From contig OZ076409.1 of NCBI GenBank assembly GCA_964187785.1, positions 57,290,001 to 57,354,000 on the forward strand: DNA of 64,000 bases, in the 5' to 3' direction. Below are positions 60,477 to 64,000 of this stretch, in pieces; within the stretch, counting starts at the first letter, position 1; every line of letters starts with the position of its first letter. The DNA comes from Amphiscolops sp. MND2022 (taxonomy: Eukaryota). The notes beneath the pieces are model-generated. The model did not search any database, was not told where the DNA came from, and saw nothing but the letters and a program-made list of their open reading frames with translations. Both the position numbers and the translations under genes were made by a program.

Positions 60477-63400
60477 GTTTTTATTTCAACTTCTTACTTA
60501 TCCCATTGGTCAATTACATGGCGCAGTCAGCAATCTAATAGACACCCACTTAGACACGAATACTTCGGTACAAGCGGCCCAACTGGCCGTGAATCAAACG
60601 ATGATGAACCAGACAACAGCAGACCGAACGAAGAATACAATGGGAATACCGAACGGGAATAAATACAAAATCCCGATTTTATCGGACAGAGAGACTGATT
60701 TGACAAAAATAAACCCACGAATGTTGTGGGAGCAAATTTCCGAGTACATACATCTTACGTACAATCGGAATTTGGACGAAATTATGGATCAAGGCACCGA
60801 TCAAATGGACCCACACACCGTGTATCACATCAAGGGAGATGTTATTTGGGCACTAGGTCCCAAAGCCAAACACTTTGGGAGAGGCCAAAACACATTTTGA
60901 GAAGGCAAGAGGGCAGAGAGCTGAAGGACGTCGATCAATCAGAACTATTGAAACTATTCAAGAAAACATTCATACCCGCGTTTTCCACAGTCGAGCCCAA
61001 TTCTTCAATATCAGACAAGAGGACAACGAAACACTAGATGAATACTGGAAAAGACTCGATGACATCGAAAGAAAATGCGAATTCAATAGAATCACACCAG
61101 AAGCGATTATCACGTACAAATTCGCAGCAACCATCAATTACTAAAACACCCGAGACAAATTCATAAAAGGGCCATTAAAACTCCAAATGGTCCTTGAAAC
61201 CATCGAACAAGATAACTACAACCGCAAATACGGAGATAAGAAGCAGAACAAAAAACACAGAAAACTTCCCTCCGATAGCTCGTCAAGCGAAGAACAAGTC
61301 GCTTACGCACACCCAACACGGAATCGAAAGGTAACTGAAACGGGGAAGAAAAAGCTATTAGAACCGTAACTGTCAATTCTGCGGCTAACCAAATTGGTCA
61401 TTGGAACACAGCTGCCCAGCACGGCGAGCACAATGTAATAACTGCAAGAAAATGGGACATTTTGCCAAAATGTGCAAATCCAAGACCGTTAGTCGGATCC
61501 AGAAAGAACAAACAACGGACAGTAACACCGAATCATGGCCAGAAATTGACCACATTCAATCCGTCAACGGCATCAACCGGATTGACTTCTACAAAGCGAT
61601 ACTATTGGTCCAGGGACCGCGAATGGATATCGTTTTTGACACTGGCTCTCCCGTGACGATAATACCGCCGATAATTAGTCCAGTACAAGTACACAAAACC
61701 ACAAAACAAAACGCTTTGTAGATGTAAACAAAAACCCGATAAAAATCAAAGGTGAGGCCATGGTGGAAGTGAAAACGGAAAAAGCAAAGAAGTCATACAC
61801 ATACTAATTACCGAAAACAAAAACAGCCAACCCCTGCTGGGATTGGATTTGTTGGACAAATTGGAAATTGGATTACGAGGAAACAAAAACACGAATATTA
61901 TCCGACATATCGAAACTGACGAAAGACGACAGAAGACCATAAACGAATACGAAGACCTATTCAAAAACAACCACACAATCAAAGACACAAAACCGATACA
62001 ACAAAAGGGACGGCCTGTACCAATACATATTCAAAAATCGGTCAAACATGAATTGGAAAAGCTAATTGAAAAAGGACACCTAGAAAAAGCGGACAAAACC
62101 ACGGAAAATTGTTTCATCTCACCGGCCGTTATCATAATAAAAAAGGACAAATCCGTGAAAATAGCACTTGAGTCAAGAAAGCTACACGAGGCATGTTTCA
62201 AGAGAAAGGCGGCAATGCCAAACATGGAAGAACTAATCAGTAAAAGATCGGCAGAATTTACAAAAAAAGACAACGAGGAAGTTTGGATGTCTAAAATCGA
62301 CTTGGATTACGTTTATGGGCAGGCAAAACTATCCAAAGAAGCGGTAAAACATTGCGTTTTCTCAATAATTGGAGGAGACTTCATTGGCCATTACCGATTC
62401 AATAAAGGCTTTTATGGGCTGTCGGGTATCCCAACCGTATTCCAAGAACATATTGACAAAGTGCTGGAATTAAAAACAACGGTCTGGCTAGATGACATCA
62501 TCTGTAAAACCAACGGAACAAATGACGAACACGAACGAGAAGTACGGGAAGTACTCAGCAAGTTACAAAACGCTGGATACAGAGCAAGCGAAAAGAAAAC
62601 TGAACTCTTTAGATAAGAACTAACTTGGTTGGGTTACCATTAAAATCAAAGTGGAGTAAAGCCGATAAAAGACAAGACAGAAGCAAAAACAAAATTGAGC
62701 GCCCCAAAGAATGCCAAAGAACTCAAATCCTTCCTGGGTTCGATACAACATTTGTCAAAAATTATAAACAACTTATCCAAGAAGACCGACAGAATGAGAA
62801 AATTGTTGAAGAAAGAAATTCGTTTGGAGTGGACACCCAAAATAGATGAAGATTTCGAGAATCTGAAGAAAGAGATAACAGAATCGCCATGCCTTGCCCA
62901 CTTCGACCCAAATAAAGACAACTATGTGACGACAGACGCTTGCAATACGGGGCTCGGGGCAACACTCTGGCAAAAAGAAGGAGAAATATTCAGAACAGTC
63001 GCATTCGCTAGTAGATTCCTCACTGATTGTGAGAGGAAATACGCTATTAATGAGCTAGAATTACTAGGAGCGTTATGGGGGTTGGAGTATTTCAGATATT
63101 ACGTTTACGGGAAGAAAGTCAACTTGTTAACCGATCATCAATCACTCCAACCGTTGTTCAAAAGAAATAGGGCGCACAAGCAGTATAGCGCTAGGCTAAC
63201 ACGGTGGTTGGATAGATTGAGCCACTTCGATGTAAACGTGCCGTATACTGCTGGAAAAAACATTCCGCTGACGGATTACTTAAGCCGACATCCGATCGTA
63301 AACACCGCTGAGAACGAAACGCAGAGGTCAAACCGAAACGGAATCCGAAGAAGAATTCGTGATAAATCAAATACACGGCGTATTCGATTTTATTCAAACG

Positions 63401-64000
63401 AACGGAAGCATAAAGAGATTCACGGAGCGGACCAAATCGAGACAAAAAGTTGACCAATCACAGCACGACATACGCAAGCGTGAACAGAACAAACAAAATC
63501 ATTCGCTCGAAGCCTCACTATCATTGAACGGTGCTAATCCAACTTCTTCGACAAAACTTTTAAATCTCAATCAATCCGCACCAGAAGCTAAAATGGACAA
63601 AGTCAATGGCATTGACATGCAATTTATTTATAAAAAGAGGGGCCACGCCCCGGATACTTACCGACTCTGGACGGAAAGAAAAGGTCTCCTAAACCCGGAA
63701 AAGACTAGAACAGTCGAAAAAGGAAGCGACCATGAAAGATCACAAGAATACCTGCCCCCACTGCAAGCACGAAAACGGATAGTGAAATTGAACATACAAA
63801 TATACAATCGCTTCTTCCACTACTGCGAAACCTGAGGAACAACACTGCTGAAAAATATCAACAAAACAACTACGAGTCATGGATCATCCAAAACTTATCC
63901 GATAATGAGAGTCAAGTGAGCATCATACGACAAAAAAATGCCCCACCGACGCACTCAAGAAATTCCGCCAGAATGAAACCGTCAATCTGATCCGGTTGAA
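60245..64000 (+). mobile_element. Second Ty3/gypsy LTR retrotransposon (degenerate, runs off window); LTR ~60245-60518, PBS 60519
   Basis: LTR ends ...TTACA then PBS TGGCGCAGTCAG; gag knuckle CNNCKKMGHFAKMC; PR VFDTGSPVTII; RT WLDDII; RH TTDACNTGLGATLWQ and ELELLG; multiple frameshifts and stops; LTR 5' boundary approximate. Confidence 0.88.

Overview
AT-rich, intron-containing animal genomic DNA (standard code, GT-AG introns). The repeat landscape resembles an acoel such as Symsagittifera, but this is unverified. Host genes: the 3' end of a RagA/B GTPase gene (3-275); a Sec16 gene whose ~4.1 kb coding block is broken by a frameshift (8.7-12.9 kb); an 8-exon type I membrane protein with signal peptide, MANEC, two Kunitz domains, TM and an NGMY tail (15738-21000); a poorly defined small gene (21.9 and 30.1-30.7 kb); and the first coding exon of an SLC24/NCKX exchanger (56760-57585). 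Intergenic DNA is dominated by at least three families of non-autonomous Helentron/HINE-like elements, many carrying tRNA-like Pol III boxes, plus nested piggyBac/MULE-like remnants and several large palindromes. The most striking object is a ~20 kb degenerate Ty3/gypsy LTR element on the minus strand (32164-52138; 450-bp LTRs, TTCT TSD, PBS). It has a hydrophobic N-terminal region before gag, pol with a long post-integrase extension, an env-like gene resembling class III (chuvirus-G/herpes-gB-type) fusion glycoproteins, and several further downstream ORFs, most preceded by candidate splice acceptors, giving a complex-retrovirus-like layout. A second, unrelated gypsy element starts in the NCKX intron, preceded by a 901-bp tandem duplication of its own 3' end and LTR. 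All homology calls were made by eye and need database confirmation.
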